A stretch of DNA of 63,831 nucleotides, the filler included, from Welwitschia mirabilis (taxonomy: Eukaryota), in NCBI GenBank assembly GCA_051453625.1. It is 4 parts of one record of this genome, joined end to end, with 100 filler letters (N's around TTAATTAATTAA, not from the genome) between each part and the next. Parts side by side here need not be neighbours in the genome. Positions count along the whole stretch, not along the records: positions 1 to 29,656 come from JBOZIK010000001.1; positions 29,757 to 53,400 come from JBOZIK010000001.1; 2 more parts are not named here. The stretch is one strand, 5' to 3'. Shown here in pieces: positions 24,839 to 36,671 of this stretch; position 1 is the stretch's first letter, and every line of letters begins with the position of its first letter. The position numbers and the translations under genes are program-made. The notes under the pieces are model-generated. The model did not search any database and was not told the DNA's origin. It saw nothing but the letters and a program-made list of their open reading frames with translations.

Positions 24839-27391
24839 GTAACTTCCAGAATTTCTTTTGTAATTACTGGCTACTATTGCAGTGTCACTAGGATTCACCA
24901 AACCTTGCTACTTTCTGTCAAAGATATTATCTAAATTGTCTCTCGTGTGTGCAAAAATCTTGTTTAAATGCTAGATGAATGGCTTCTTCCTAAAGCATGT
25001 ATTTGCTAGTAAAGTCCAGCGTTTGAATTGAAGATTATACTTCAGAAATGATGCTTTGCATTTTCTTATTTTCATATGCTAATATTTGAATCATAAAAAT
25101 TCAGTTTTTAACTTATATGTGCTCTACAAAGATGCAACTGTTTTGATAGTTGCAGATAACCCAGNNNNNNNNNNNNNNNNNNNNNNNNNNNNNNNNNNNN
25201 NNNNNNNNNNNNNNNNNNNNNNNNNNNNNNNNNNNNNNNNNNNNNNNNNNNNNNNNNNNNNNNNATAACCCATATATTTTTTATAGTGGTGAAATAGGTC
25301 TATGGACTACAGGATTTGTACTGTATCTACTATAATGAATAAGTTGACTATTGACATTGCTTGAGCACACAATTTTAAGTCCTTTCATTGGAAAGTAAAG
25401 GATTCTTATCTTTGGCAACATGAGATGGTGCATGAAGAAGTTATAGTAAACCTCTGTTTTGTTGATTGTGTCATTGTTCAGGAAGCCAAAGTTGACCGCT
25501 TAAAGTTGTTAGCATAGTTAAGAATGATGTAAACATGAGGAGGGTAACTAGAGACCTTACAAAACGATATTTGTCCTAGGTTCTAACCAAAATCCTAACC
25601 AGAATTTTGCAATATACTTTTCACAAAGCTGATATTTGGTATTTAAGTTAGGTTTACCTTAGGTTGTTATGAATTGTGATGGCACACCAAATGTCTCTTA
25701 CTCATATTTTCTTGTGCCTTTCTTATTCTTCATTCCAATCCCTTAGATGGCTGGCCCTAGACAAGGTGATTTAACCTTACCTTATGATGACTTACAAGTT
25801 ATTTACGTACTCACCTATGTGGATATGATTGTTGTAGCTTCGTATGGTACACTTCTAGACAAGGACGCTAGTTCTTGTTTTGTTTGAATTTGACATGAGA
25901 TGGGTGATTTCTAGAGTTTTTNNNNNNNNNNNNNNNNNNNNNNNNNNNNNNNNNNNNNNNNNNNNNNNNNNNNNNNNNNNNNNNNNNNNNNNNNNNNNNN
26001 NNNNNNNNNNNNNNNNNNNNNNNNNNNNNNNNNNNNNNNNNNNNNNNNNNNNNNNNNNNNNNNNNNNNNNNNNNNNNNNNNNNNNNNNNNNNNNNNNNNN
26101 NNNNNNNNNNNNNNNNNNNNNNNNNNNNNNNNNNNNNNNNNNNNNNNNNNNNNNNNNNNNNNNNNNNNNNNNNNNNNNNNNNNNNNNNNNNNNNNNNNNN
26201 NNNNNNNNNNNNNNNNNNNNNNNNNNNNNNNNNNNNNNNNNNNNNNNNNNNNNNNNNNNNNNNNNNNNNNNNNNNNNNNNNNNNNNNNNNNNNNNNNNNN
26301 NNNNNNNNNNNNNNNNNNNNNNNNNNNNNNNNNNNNNNNNNNNNNNNNNNNNNNNNNNNNNNNNNNNNNNNNNNNNNNNNNNNNNNNNNNNNNNNNNNNN
26401 NNNNNNNNNNNNNNNNNNNNNNNNNNNNNNNNNNNNNNNNNNNNNNNNNNNNNNNNNNNNNNNNNNNNNNNNNNNNNNNNNNNNNNNNNNNNNNNNNNNN
26501 NNNNNNNNNNNNNNNNNNNNNNNNNNNNNNNNNNNNNNNNNNNNNNNNNNNNNNNNNNNNNNNNNNNNNNNNNNNNNNNNNNNNNNNNNNNNNNNNNNNN
26601 NNNNNNNNNNNNNNNNNNNNNNNNNNNNNNNNNNNNNNNNNNNNNNNNNNNNNNNNNNNNNNNNNNNNNNNNNNNNNNNNNNNNNNNNNNNNNNNNNNNN
26701 NNNNNNNNNNNNNNNNNNNNNNNNNNNNNNNNNNNNNNNNNNNNNNNNNNNNNNNNNNNNNNNNNNNNNNNNNNNNNNNNNNNNNNNNNNNNNNNNNNNN
26801 NNNNNNNNNNNNNNNNNNNNNNNNNNNNNNNNNNNNNNNNNNNNNAACATAATATTAAGTTAAAGATGAACACATATGTAAGAAGCTTCATAGTTTTATC
26901 AAGTAGAAATTGATTATGCACGCACTCAACATTAGTAAGCATAAATTCATCCCTTGGAAGCACAAAGCTTGACGATTTCTTACTTTCTCGCCCTTTCTCC
27001 TACATCCTTGTAGATAGATTAAGCACCATTCATTATAGATATGGACATAGCACACAAGAATATATTTCTTCTTAAGTAGAANNNNNNNNNNNNNNNNNNN
27101 NNNNNNNNNNNNNNNNNNNNNNNNNNNNNNNNNNNNNNNNNNNNNNNNNNNNNNNNNNNNNNNNNNNNNNNNNNNNNNNNNNNNNNNNNNNNNNNNNNNN
27201 NNNNNNNNNNNNNNNNNNNNNNNNNNNNNNNNNNNNNNNNNNNNNNNNNNNNNNNNNNNNNNNNNNNNNNNNNNNNNNNNNNNNNNNNNNNNNNNNNNNN
27301 NNNNNNNNNNNNNNNNNNNNNNNNNNNNNNNNNNNNNNNNNNNNNNNNNNNNNNNNNNNNNNNNNNNNNNNNNNNNNNNNNNNNNNNNNNN

Positions 27392-28641
27392 TAACCCATT
27401 GCCAATTGCTTCTCCTTTTATGATGCTTGTTATAATCAACTAGTTCTTTGTTTTTAAACCTAAACTTATTGTTACATCCAAAATAGGTAGCTTTCTTGTA
27501 TGGACTGAAAATTGTATGTGTCCATATTCTTGACAATAAAAACATTTGAGGCTATCCTTACCAAAAGAGTAATATGTAGTACTTGGACCAAAAAAGTTAA
27601 GGGTAGGAGACATAGCTAAAGAGCTTCCAATACCTGATTTGTCAAAAGTTCTCTTACCTAGTCCCAACAATTTGTTGAGATTCTCTTTTCCATCGGCTAG
27701 CCGCTCAGCTACNNNNNNNNNNNNNNNNNNNNNNNNNNNNNNNNNNNNNNNNNNNNNNNNNNNNNNNNNNNNNNNNNNNNNNNNNNNNNNNNNNNNNNNN
27801 NNNNNNNNNNNNNNNNNNNNNNNNNNNNNNNNNNNNNNNNNNNNNNNNNNNNNNNNNNNNNNNNNNNNNNNNNNNNNNNNNNNNNNNNNNNNNNNNNNNN
27901 NNNNNNNNNNNNNNNNNNNNNNNNNNNNNNNNNNNNNNNNNNNNNNNNNNNNNNNNNNNNNNNNNNNNNNNNNNNNNNGGGAGGATCCTCTTCTGTTTGT
28001 AAGGAAGCTTCATAGGCCATAAGAGACCCTCTGAACACTTCTACCCGGATTCTATCAATGTCCTTACTTTCCTCCATGGCTGTAACTTTGGGCTTGAATT
28101 TCTTGGTGAGGCTTCTAAGTATTTTTCGAACCACTCTATTTTCAGAGACTATTTCTCCAAGTCCCCACATGACATTGACAATGTTATTGATCTTACTAGT
28201 GTACTCAGCTATGGACTCTGATTCNNNNNNNNNNNNNNNNNNNNNNNNNNNNNNNNNNNNNNNNNNNNNNNNNNNNNNNNNNNNNNNNNNNNNNNNNNNN
28301 NNNNNNNNNNNNNNNNNNNNNNNNNNNNNNNNNNNNNNNNNNNNNNNNNNNNNNNNNNNNNNNNNNNNNNNNNNNNNNNNNNNNNNNNNNNNNNNNNNNN
28401 NNNNNNNNNNNNNNNNNNNNNNNNNNNNNNNNNNNNNNNNNNNNNNNNNNNNNNNNNNNNNNNNNNNNNNNNNNNNNNNNNNNNNNNNNNNNNNNNNNNN
28501 NNNNNNNNNNNNNNNNNNAATGTCACAATCCAGAGACTGCAAGAATATGGACATTTTGGTTTTCCAATATGCATAGTTCGATCCGGAAAATAAAGGTGCT
28601 CTTGAGATAGACTTCCCTTCAGCATAACTTGTGGATGCCAT
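27392..28641 (-). pseudogene. SIRE-like Copia gag (relatively young, gapped)
   Basis: MASTSYAEGKSISRAPLFSGSNYAYWKTKMSIFLQSLD is a Copia gag N-terminus. ESIAEYTSKINNIVN...VVRKILRSLTKKFKPKVTAMEESKD is the UBN2-type gag core. LLGLGKRTFDKSGIG and the CFYCQEYGH knuckle are typical of the extended SIRE gag. Confidence 0.9.
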
Positions 28642-28685
28642 CTAGGGTGAACCTGTAATCACAAAAAGAAATACCAATCTAGATC

Positions 28686-28703
28686 AACCAGGCTTTGATA
28701 CCA
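28686..28703 (-). promoter_or_regulatory. tRNA-iMet primer binding site
   Basis: Minus strand TGGTATCAAAGCCTGGTT matches TGGTATCAGAGCCAGGTT at 16/18 positions and lies 2 nt after the LTR-terminal CA. Confidence 0.9.
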
Positions 28704-28705
28704 AT

Positions 28706-29656
28706 TGTTAGGATCGATTGACACCCTAGAGGGGGGGTGAATAGGGTGAATCACAAAATTTAATTACTTAATTTTAAGAAACTTAAATCAGAACTTTGCT
28801 TGAGAAAGTAACTCAGAAATTACTGAATCATGGACACAATAAAACAAACTCAAACAAATAGAAAGAGTGCACCACGGTTTTATAGTGGTTCGGCAATCCC
28901 NNNNNNNNNNNNNNNNNNNNNNNNNNNNNNNNNNNNNNNNNNNNNNNNNNNNNNNNNNNNNNNNNNNNNNNNNNNNNNNNNNNNNNNNNNNNNNNNNNNN
29001 NNNNNNNNNNNNNNNNNNNNNNNNNNNNNNNNNNNNNNNNNNNNNNNNNNNNNNNNNNNNNNNNNNNNNNNNNNNNNNNNNNNNNNNNNNNNNNNNNNNN
29101 NNNNNNNNNNNNNNNNNNNNNNNNNNNNNNNNNNNNNNNNNNNNNNNNNNNNNNNNNNNNNNNNNNNNNNNNNNNNNNNNNNNNNNNNNNNNNNNNNNNN
29201 NNNNNNNNNNNNNNNNNNNNNNNNNNNNNNNNNNNNNNNNNNNNNNNNNNNNNNNNNNNNNNNNNNNNNNNNNNNNNNNNNNNNNNNNNNNNNNNNNNNN
29301 NNNNNNNNNNNNNNNNNNNNNNNNNNNNNNNNNNNNNNNNNNNNNNNNNNNNNNNNNNNNNNNNNNNNNNNNNNNNNNNNNNNNNNNNNNNNNNNNNNNN
29401 NNNNNNNNNNNNNNNNNNNNNGATAGTCGGTCGGACGTCCCAAGATAAATTGCCGGACGTCCCATTTTTAAATGGAAACTTTGACAGAGAACTGAGACAA
29501 GGTCCGGATGTCCCAAGCAGGATTGTCGGATGTCCTAATACAAATGACAGATTATAGGGTCGGACGTCCCGTGTTGTATAGTCGGATGTCCCAATATAAA
29601 GAGATAGCATACAGGGTCGGACGTCCCGGGTTGAGAGGTCGGACGTCCTAGAACAT
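28706..29656 (-). repeat. 5' LTR (3' portion) of the young SIRE element, with GTCGGACGTCC repeats
   Basis: Minus-strand end reads CTATTCACCCCCCCTCTAGGGTGTCAATCGATCCTAACA. About eight CGGA(C/T)GTCC units lie at 29430-29650. Confidence 0.85.
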
Positions 29657-29700
29657 NNNNNNNNNNNNNNNNNNNNNNNNNNNNNNNNNNNNNNNNNNNN

Positions 29701-29712
29701 TTAATTAATTAA
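29701..29712. other. Artificial scaffold linker TTAATTAATTAA
   Basis: Centred in an exact 44N+12+44N block (29657-29756). The 12-mer has stops in all six frames. Confidence 0.95.
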
Positions 29713-29756
29713 NNNNNNNNNNNNNNNNNNNNNNNNNNNNNNNNNNNNNNNNNNNN

Positions 29757-30334
29757 TTGCAGATTTTCTCAGTACAGGATGTGGTGCAAGATCGGTCTCC
29801 CTTGTGAAAATACTCAGTCGCCCTTGACTAGGTCACCCGTATCGTTATGGTAGGTCGCCCGTAATGCTATCAGTAGGACTTCTGCTACGTGTCGTAAGGT
29901 CGCTCGTTTAGATATCTTCGGTCGCCCATATCTCTATCTAGAAGGGGCTTACTGCATATCGTGCGGTCGCCCTAACTAACATTTGCAGTCGCCCTTGTCT
30001 TTAGCAGGTTGGAGTTCACTGTATATGGTGCGGTCGCCCATGTGAAGAAGCTCAGTCGGCCTTATGGATAGTAGATTAAATCAGTCTAGGTGAAATGTGG
30101 TCGCCCTTATGATTATGACAGTCGCCCTTGGGTTAATCAGTGTTCATTATGTTGTCAGTGTTTGATCACCCGGAATATAATGTAAGGTCGCCCGCATGTA
30201 AATCAGTGTTGACAGTTCTTGAACATTTGGTCACCCGATATTAAACATTAGTAGCCCGGTTCTAGAAAATACCTGCACAAAATACTAACTTACAGAAACT
30301 CGTTAAATTAATCAATGAAAATGGGTTTTCAACA
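29757..30334 (-). repeat. 5' portion of a SIRE-like LTR with GTCGCCC repeat array
   Basis: More than ten GTC(G/A)CCC units. The minus-strand start is TGTTGAAAACCC at 30334. It is separated from the previous LTR piece by an artificial linker, so it may belong to a different element. Confidence 0.65.
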
Positions 30335-31597
30335 ACATTCTCTAATTTATTTGTGAGTTTTTCATCTCATTCTTAAGAGATAGATTGTTACTTCTTAATT
30401 TAAAATAAGAGTCCTTTTATCTTTCGTAAGCTAACTCATGATTATTGAAAAAGTTACTCATTTTGACACATAATTTTTATAATTTAACAAAATCTTCAGA
30501 AATCAAATCATACATTTATTGAGGAGTTAAAATACCTTCCTCTTTAATATGCATTTATTGATTTTTCACATGTTTTAAAGTCCTTATCATCACTACTAGA
30601 TGTATTATAAACAATAACCATAAAGGAAGGATGAGTATCTTTATCATTATCATCTGAGACCTCTTCCTTAGTAATGTTTTCATCTTCATCCAAACTAGCA
30701 ACTTACTTTTTATTCTTTTTAAAATATTTCTTTTAGCATTTACCCTGTAATTTATTGGCACTTGGACATTCTAAACTAAGATTTTCTTAAACCCGATAAA
30801 TCCAAAATTCTAAGTTTGAAATGCCATTTTTGGAAGTAGATTGTGAAGATTTACCTTTGTTCTTACTCTATTTCTTATTGAAGGAAGACATTTGACCCAC
30901 TTAGAAATGAGAGGAATAAACATCATTTAGAGCATTGTCATCATTTGAGACATCAATAGGGTTTCATATGAGCTATTATTATTTATTATCACTAGCTTTA
31001 AGAACTATGGGCGTAACTATCAGCTTTTCTTTTATTTTATAAGAAATTAAAGAATCTTGAAGTTTTATAGACTTAATAGTGTAAACATTTATTTACTGTT
31101 TCATGTCAATGGTTTTAGGCTTTTGTAGTAGAGTTAATGATCTAATCACTTTTCAAATCACCTTCTCTTTGGATTGTTTCCCATCAATTCCAAGGATGGA
31201 ATTTTTGATGTTACTCACTATTATGAAGTATTCATAAATTCTTTCTTCATCATTCATTCTAAGATTTTCAAATTAATTTATTCAAATTAGCAATGTAGAT
31301 TACTTAACCACAAAAATACGTTCATAAGTACCTTTAAGAACATTCCATACTTCTTTCTTAGTGCTATAACTAGCAACTCTATTAAAATCTTTTAGTGAAA
31401 GGGCATAATAAAAAGCATTGTTATTCTTAAAATCAAACATCTAGACATCTTTTTTAGCCTTAAAATAATTCTTTCTAGTCTTATATTTAGTGATTATTAT
31501 ACCAGTAGCATTTCTGGTAGTTTATGTAGGAGATGTATAGCCATCTTTGATTATCTACCACATTTTAAACTCAAGATATTGTAAATAACTCACATCC
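30335..31597 (-). pseudogene. Old degenerate Copia (SIRE-like) gag
   Basis: Minus-strand translation YLQYLEFKMW*IIKDGYTSP...NNNAFYYALSLKDFNRVASYSTKKEVWNVLKGTYE matches the Copia gag motif EFNRVSxCxTAKEIWxxLxxTYEG. Confidence 0.75.
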
Positions 31598-32545
31598 TCA
31601 TAGAACCCAAAGGGAAGGAATAAATGAGTTTCATATAAAAATTCTATTATGAAAAATAAATGACTCATAAAAATAACATAACTACATGTAAGTAAAAATC
31701 ACAAATCTTATCAAATTTACATGGTTCCCTAATTTGGATAGTCCATATTTAGAGGGTAGAATCATGCATAACTTTGGATTTTGTTTCTTAAAAAATTTTA
31801 TGATTTGAGACTTACCACAAGCCTCACAAGGCTTAAAGTACAATGAAGTACCTCCTTATAAGGAAGCTAACTCGACCCTTAAGGATTTAACCTTACAAAG
31901 CAATATTTTCCTTAAAAACACACTAAAAAGTATCATAAAGCACTTATAGAACTTGGAATCCTTCTAGGACACAATGATGTAATCCTTTCAAGCCTAGAAT
32001 GAAGTGTACTAAAAGGAATTAGGATCCACAATGATTCCAAAATAAATCTCCACCTTTATGTATAGGGATAAAATGAAAGAAAATTAAAAAGAAAATAGAA
32101 TAGATAATGATGCTTAATTACCTAGTATTAAAGCCTATGATAAGAAGAAGTAGTAGAAAAAAATTAATGGGGCTTTGGTTCTTTATTCTTCAAGGTGTTG
32201 TACAGATTTTGTTATAAGTATGAAGTCTTATAAAATCAAAGAGAAATATTTTTAAGTGATCTTATTAAGAAACAAGAAATATTTAGTTCTTTTATACTTT
32301 ATGAAAAGTTCCCAAACTAGATCATTAAAAAAGTTGACATGTAAAAGAGATCCAAAATCATGACTTAAAATAACTAATTTTTATTTTTACATTTCAAGTT
32401 AAAGTAAACATCTTCATGATTTGTAGACATATTCATATATATAGATTTATTTATCTTTGTAAACATCTTCAAATGTTAGACATCTTCGATCTAGAACAAA
32501 ATATGATTCACAAATAATCAAAATTAGATTCTGGAATCATCTCAG
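31598..32545 (-). repeat. Degenerate Copia LTR (possible solo LTR)
   Basis: Minus-strand end TTTATTCCTTCCCTTTGGGTTCTA resembles a SIRE LTR end. Contains AGACATCTTC motifs like those in the 36672-38210 LTR. Confidence 0.45.
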
Positions 32546-33149
32546 TATAGATATTCTTAATCTTTATGTGCATATTCTATTAATTCTATTATGCTCTTCC
32601 AAGATGTATTTAGATGTGAATTTGTCTAAAATCTCAATGAAGTAATTCTCTAAAGAGTAGATGTCTTTAATCTTGGCAGATGTATATTGCACTTCTAACA
32701 AGCCTATTTTTGCACAAATACAAACTAAAAAGAGAGAAAATAATAAACCTATTTTAAGTAAAAACAAAATTATTGAGTTGTAAATACTACATACACAGAC
32801 TTAGTCATAAATAAAACAAGTTGTTATGGTCTATTCTAAGCTTTCTAAAGGTCGCATTTTATTTATTAAGACACTCCTTTTGTCAAGAATAGCTTTTCTT
32901 GACAAAACTATGTACCCATTTATTCAGATGTATATATACATATATACAAATAGAGGGGTGAAAAGTATCAACATGAAGACTGTTGGATGAATCATGTATT
33001 GTCTATTTCCAAAAAAGTTAAAAATCTTAATACTAACTTCTACTTAAATTAATATTAAGAGCAAAAAAAAAAAGACTTATAAATTCTTTTCAGACTTCAT
33101 AAAATTGATAACCACATTACATGATACTCTATTTAAAGCAATGTCTAGC

Positions 33150-34842
33150 TTTAAAGCCATAATCTATGGATCTTTTTCTTATTCCAAAATATTTATCAAG
33201 AATCTATATTTTTGAAACTCCCAAAAAGATCTTAGGTTTTTCTTCTTTCTCTCTTTTATACTGGAAGTCTATTTGAGTAACAAACTCCACTTCTTAATCT
33301 CAATGATAGTTGCTATAGTTGACTGCCTCTTTGCTGTCACATGATATTTTCTCTTCCATTTCCATCATTTTTTTGCACATATTAGTTGTAATAATCAATT
33401 AAAACAATGTGCATACTTATCAAGTTGTTAGTCCTTGAACATGCAATATTTTAATAAAGAAAAAAGAAGAATAAAAAATTAGAATAAAATTTTTAAGGTT
33501 TTGCCTTTTTGAGCTATTTCTTTAGCATAACTAGTTTGTCAACTAAATTAGACTTCTTTGCTTCTTGTAGTCCTTTCATTGCCTCCATTTATTTTTTAAG
33601 GAGAAAAAGGTATTCTAAATTTACAGTTTCTTATTCTGATCTATTCACTCTTACTTGTGATTTTTTATAATTCTCTTAGTTTTTCTTACTATTTGTATTT
33701 TTGGAAGTTCTATTTGAATTAGTTCCTTTGTTTCTGAAATAACTAAATAACTTCCATAGATTATTAAGTGAATTTGTCTTTTAGCTTCTTTCTTTAAAAA
33801 AAATATCGATGAATGTGCCTTAGAGCATTCTCATGCATTCTAATAATTGATTTCTTTGATCTTTTAGTCCTTCCAAATCCCACTTAGTTACTGCAAACAA
33901 ACTAAGATCCTTTTCAAGTTCTTCACAAGTGGTGGTTAGTTTATCTATTACTTTAGAAAGAGGGAACCTTTGGTTTCTTACTTTTATTGAGATCTTTTTT
34001 ATTCCTTTTATAGTTTTTTTTATAATTTAAATACTTCTCTTTCATCTTGCTTATATTTTCTACACTATCTCATTAACAACATTTTTACAGTAATCAAAGT
34101 AATCACACAATTTTTGTAGGTATAAGTTCACATTTCTAGGTATTCAAAATTCATCAGACTGAATCCTATTTGCTTCTCCAATCAAATTCTAATAATTTAT
34201 TTTCATAAATAAGTCTACTATTTTTTTCTTGTAATCGCATAATAAGTTCATCGTGGCTAGGGAAAATCAAAATTTCTTATATTGAATCAAAAATGTTACT
34301 ATTAATTGTTGTTGTATCAAAATTAGTTTCTATTGGTTCACTTATTTATTGGGTCATTTGAACTGTTTTCACAATTTATTCTTTAATTTCTCTCATGAAT
34401 GTATGCACATCCTCAAGGGGATTTTCTTAAAGTGATTGGAAATCCAATTCTTTTCTCTAACTAGATATCTCTTGATTAAGCATCTCTTCCCATCTCATTC
34501 TAAATATGTTATTTTCTTCTTGAATCTTCACGTATCTTTCAGGCATACTCTGCACATACATATATATTTTATTTTAGTATTTCACATTGAATGGCAATGA
34601 ATCATTGTTATTCATGAAGATAATAAAATCCTATTATTTTTGAATGTATTCTATATCAAGATGTTTTGACATAACTAAGCTTTTTAGCATTTCTACCAAA
34701 ATATNNNNNNNNNNNNNNNNNNNNNNNNNNNNNNNNNNNNNNNNNNNNNNNNNNNNNNNNNNNNNNNNNNNNNNNNNNNNNNNNNNNNNNNNNNNNNNNN
34801 NNNNNNNNNNNNNNNNNNNNNNNNNNNNNNNNNNNNNNNNNN

Positions 34843-34907
<65 letters not shown>

Positions 34908-36450
34908 TAATAAAAGAACTTTCTACATGGCTGAGAAATCTATTTTCCAACTACACTTTTTTCTCCTTAACTCTCTTAACTTCAAATTCTTAAAAAGAAC
35001 CTTTTTCATTTCAAAATTCATTTTCCATTTCTAGAAGTTTTACTTTCTCTTTTAGTTTTAAGTTATATTCTTATAGTTGATGAGTATTGGGTAATTCTAA
35101 GATCAAAGAATTAATTGCAAGACATAAAGATTCTATTTTATCATCCTCCCCTACTTTGGAAGAATTGCTTAAATTAGGTTGCGAAATGAGTCTCTTATAG
35201 TGTAAAAGAATCCAATGGTTTTATATATTTTTGCTCATAATCTTATGGTGGAGGAAGAGTTTGTTGCCTAGAGGTAGGATACTATTCTGAAGGTTTAAAT
35301 GAGGTTAATGTTCTTACCTCAAAGAGAGCTATAAAAAATAATTCTAAACTATTTTTACTTTTACAAAAGAATCTTGAAACGTTTTTCTAGAGGAGAATCC
35401 TTATAATAAATGAAGGGAATTCCAATCCAATCATCATCTATTTTGTGACATTTATCATATTAGAATTTGATTTACAAATATATTGAAAAATAGTTTTACA
35501 AGTATCAATGTTTTTACTAAAGGGATTCTAAATTGCATGTGTTAAATAAACTCCCCATATACCCATTTCTTTTTGTTTATTAATGATAAGAGCTAAGTTT
35601 AAAGATATAATTCTAGTGATTATGAATGCCTCTAGATCCTTACTTTTATCTATGTCCACCCATTCATAAGACTTTCAAAATGTTTCATACATAGACAAGT
35701 GTTGTCTTTCCTATTTACCTCTAATTGGTAGACACAAAATGATTTTAATGTCTTCTAAAGTCACTTAAATATTTACATTATTAACTCGTAAGGATAAGTT
35801 AAAATGATCATCAGCAATAATAAGATTTTATAAATTCATAAACTTCTTCATTGCTATGACTCTTAGAAAATGTTAACCAGTTCCACCATTATAACTCTAC
35901 AATTCTATCTTTCAATTTGATANNNNNNNNNNNNNNNNNNNNNNNNNNNNNNNNNNNNNNNNNNNNNNNNNNNNNNNNNNNNNNNNNNNNNNNNNNNNNN
36001 NNNNNNNNNNNNNNNNNNNNNNAAACTGCCGATAAACTCATTTCTTTTTATTTGTTAAGAATAGGAGCTAAGTTTGAAGATACAATTTTGGTGATTATAA
36101 AGGCCTCTAGATCATTACTTTTATCCATGTTCACTCATCCATCCTTATTCATAATACTTCCAAAATTTCTCATACATAGACAGGTGTCATCTTTTCCTGT
36201 TTACCTTTAATATACTTCTTCCTCCAATTATTAAATACAAAATTCTTCTAATGTCTGCTAAAGTCACTTAAATATTTACATTATTAAAAGGATAAGTTAA
36301 AATGATCATTAGCAATAATAATATTTTTATAAATTTATAAACTTCTTCATTGCTATGACTCTTAGAACATGTTAACCAGTTCCACCATTATAACTCTACA
36401 ATTCTATCTTTCAGTTTGATAAAACTTGAATTTTTAAACAATTTTGAAAA
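33150..36450 (-). pseudogene. Degenerate retrotransposon accessory (env-like) ORF with a coiled-coil-like C-terminal region
   Basis: EEVYEF...DDHFNLSLRVNNVNI*VTLEDIKIILCLP and MIGLEFPSFIIRIL parallel the motifs in 46450-49600. The downstream part is K/E-rich. Confidence 0.55.
34843..34904. repeat. (GA)31 microsatellite, truncated by a gap
   Basis: Directly visible. Confidence 0.97.
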
Positions 36451-36671
36451 ATTTGTAGTTGGAATGATTTTAACTTCTATAGAAAATAATGAATAATATA
36501 GGGTTAGATTTAAAGTTTAAAACTTCCTTGTATGAGATAATCATACAAGAAACTCAAAAGAAACCCCAAGCTTTTCCCCATACTTAACGTTCATGCAACT
36601 TAAAATAAATAAAAAATAAATATAACATGTACTTGCAAAAGAAATAACATGCATGGTGATAGTGAATGATG

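Noticed and set aside
25470-25770. Candidate third exons after TTCAG (~25481) and CCTTAG (~25746)
   Set aside because: Both reach a stop within four or five codons in the phase required by exon 2, and neither looks coding.
34644-34950. ERERER and SLSLSL ORFs
   Set aside because: They are translations of the (GA)n microsatellite.
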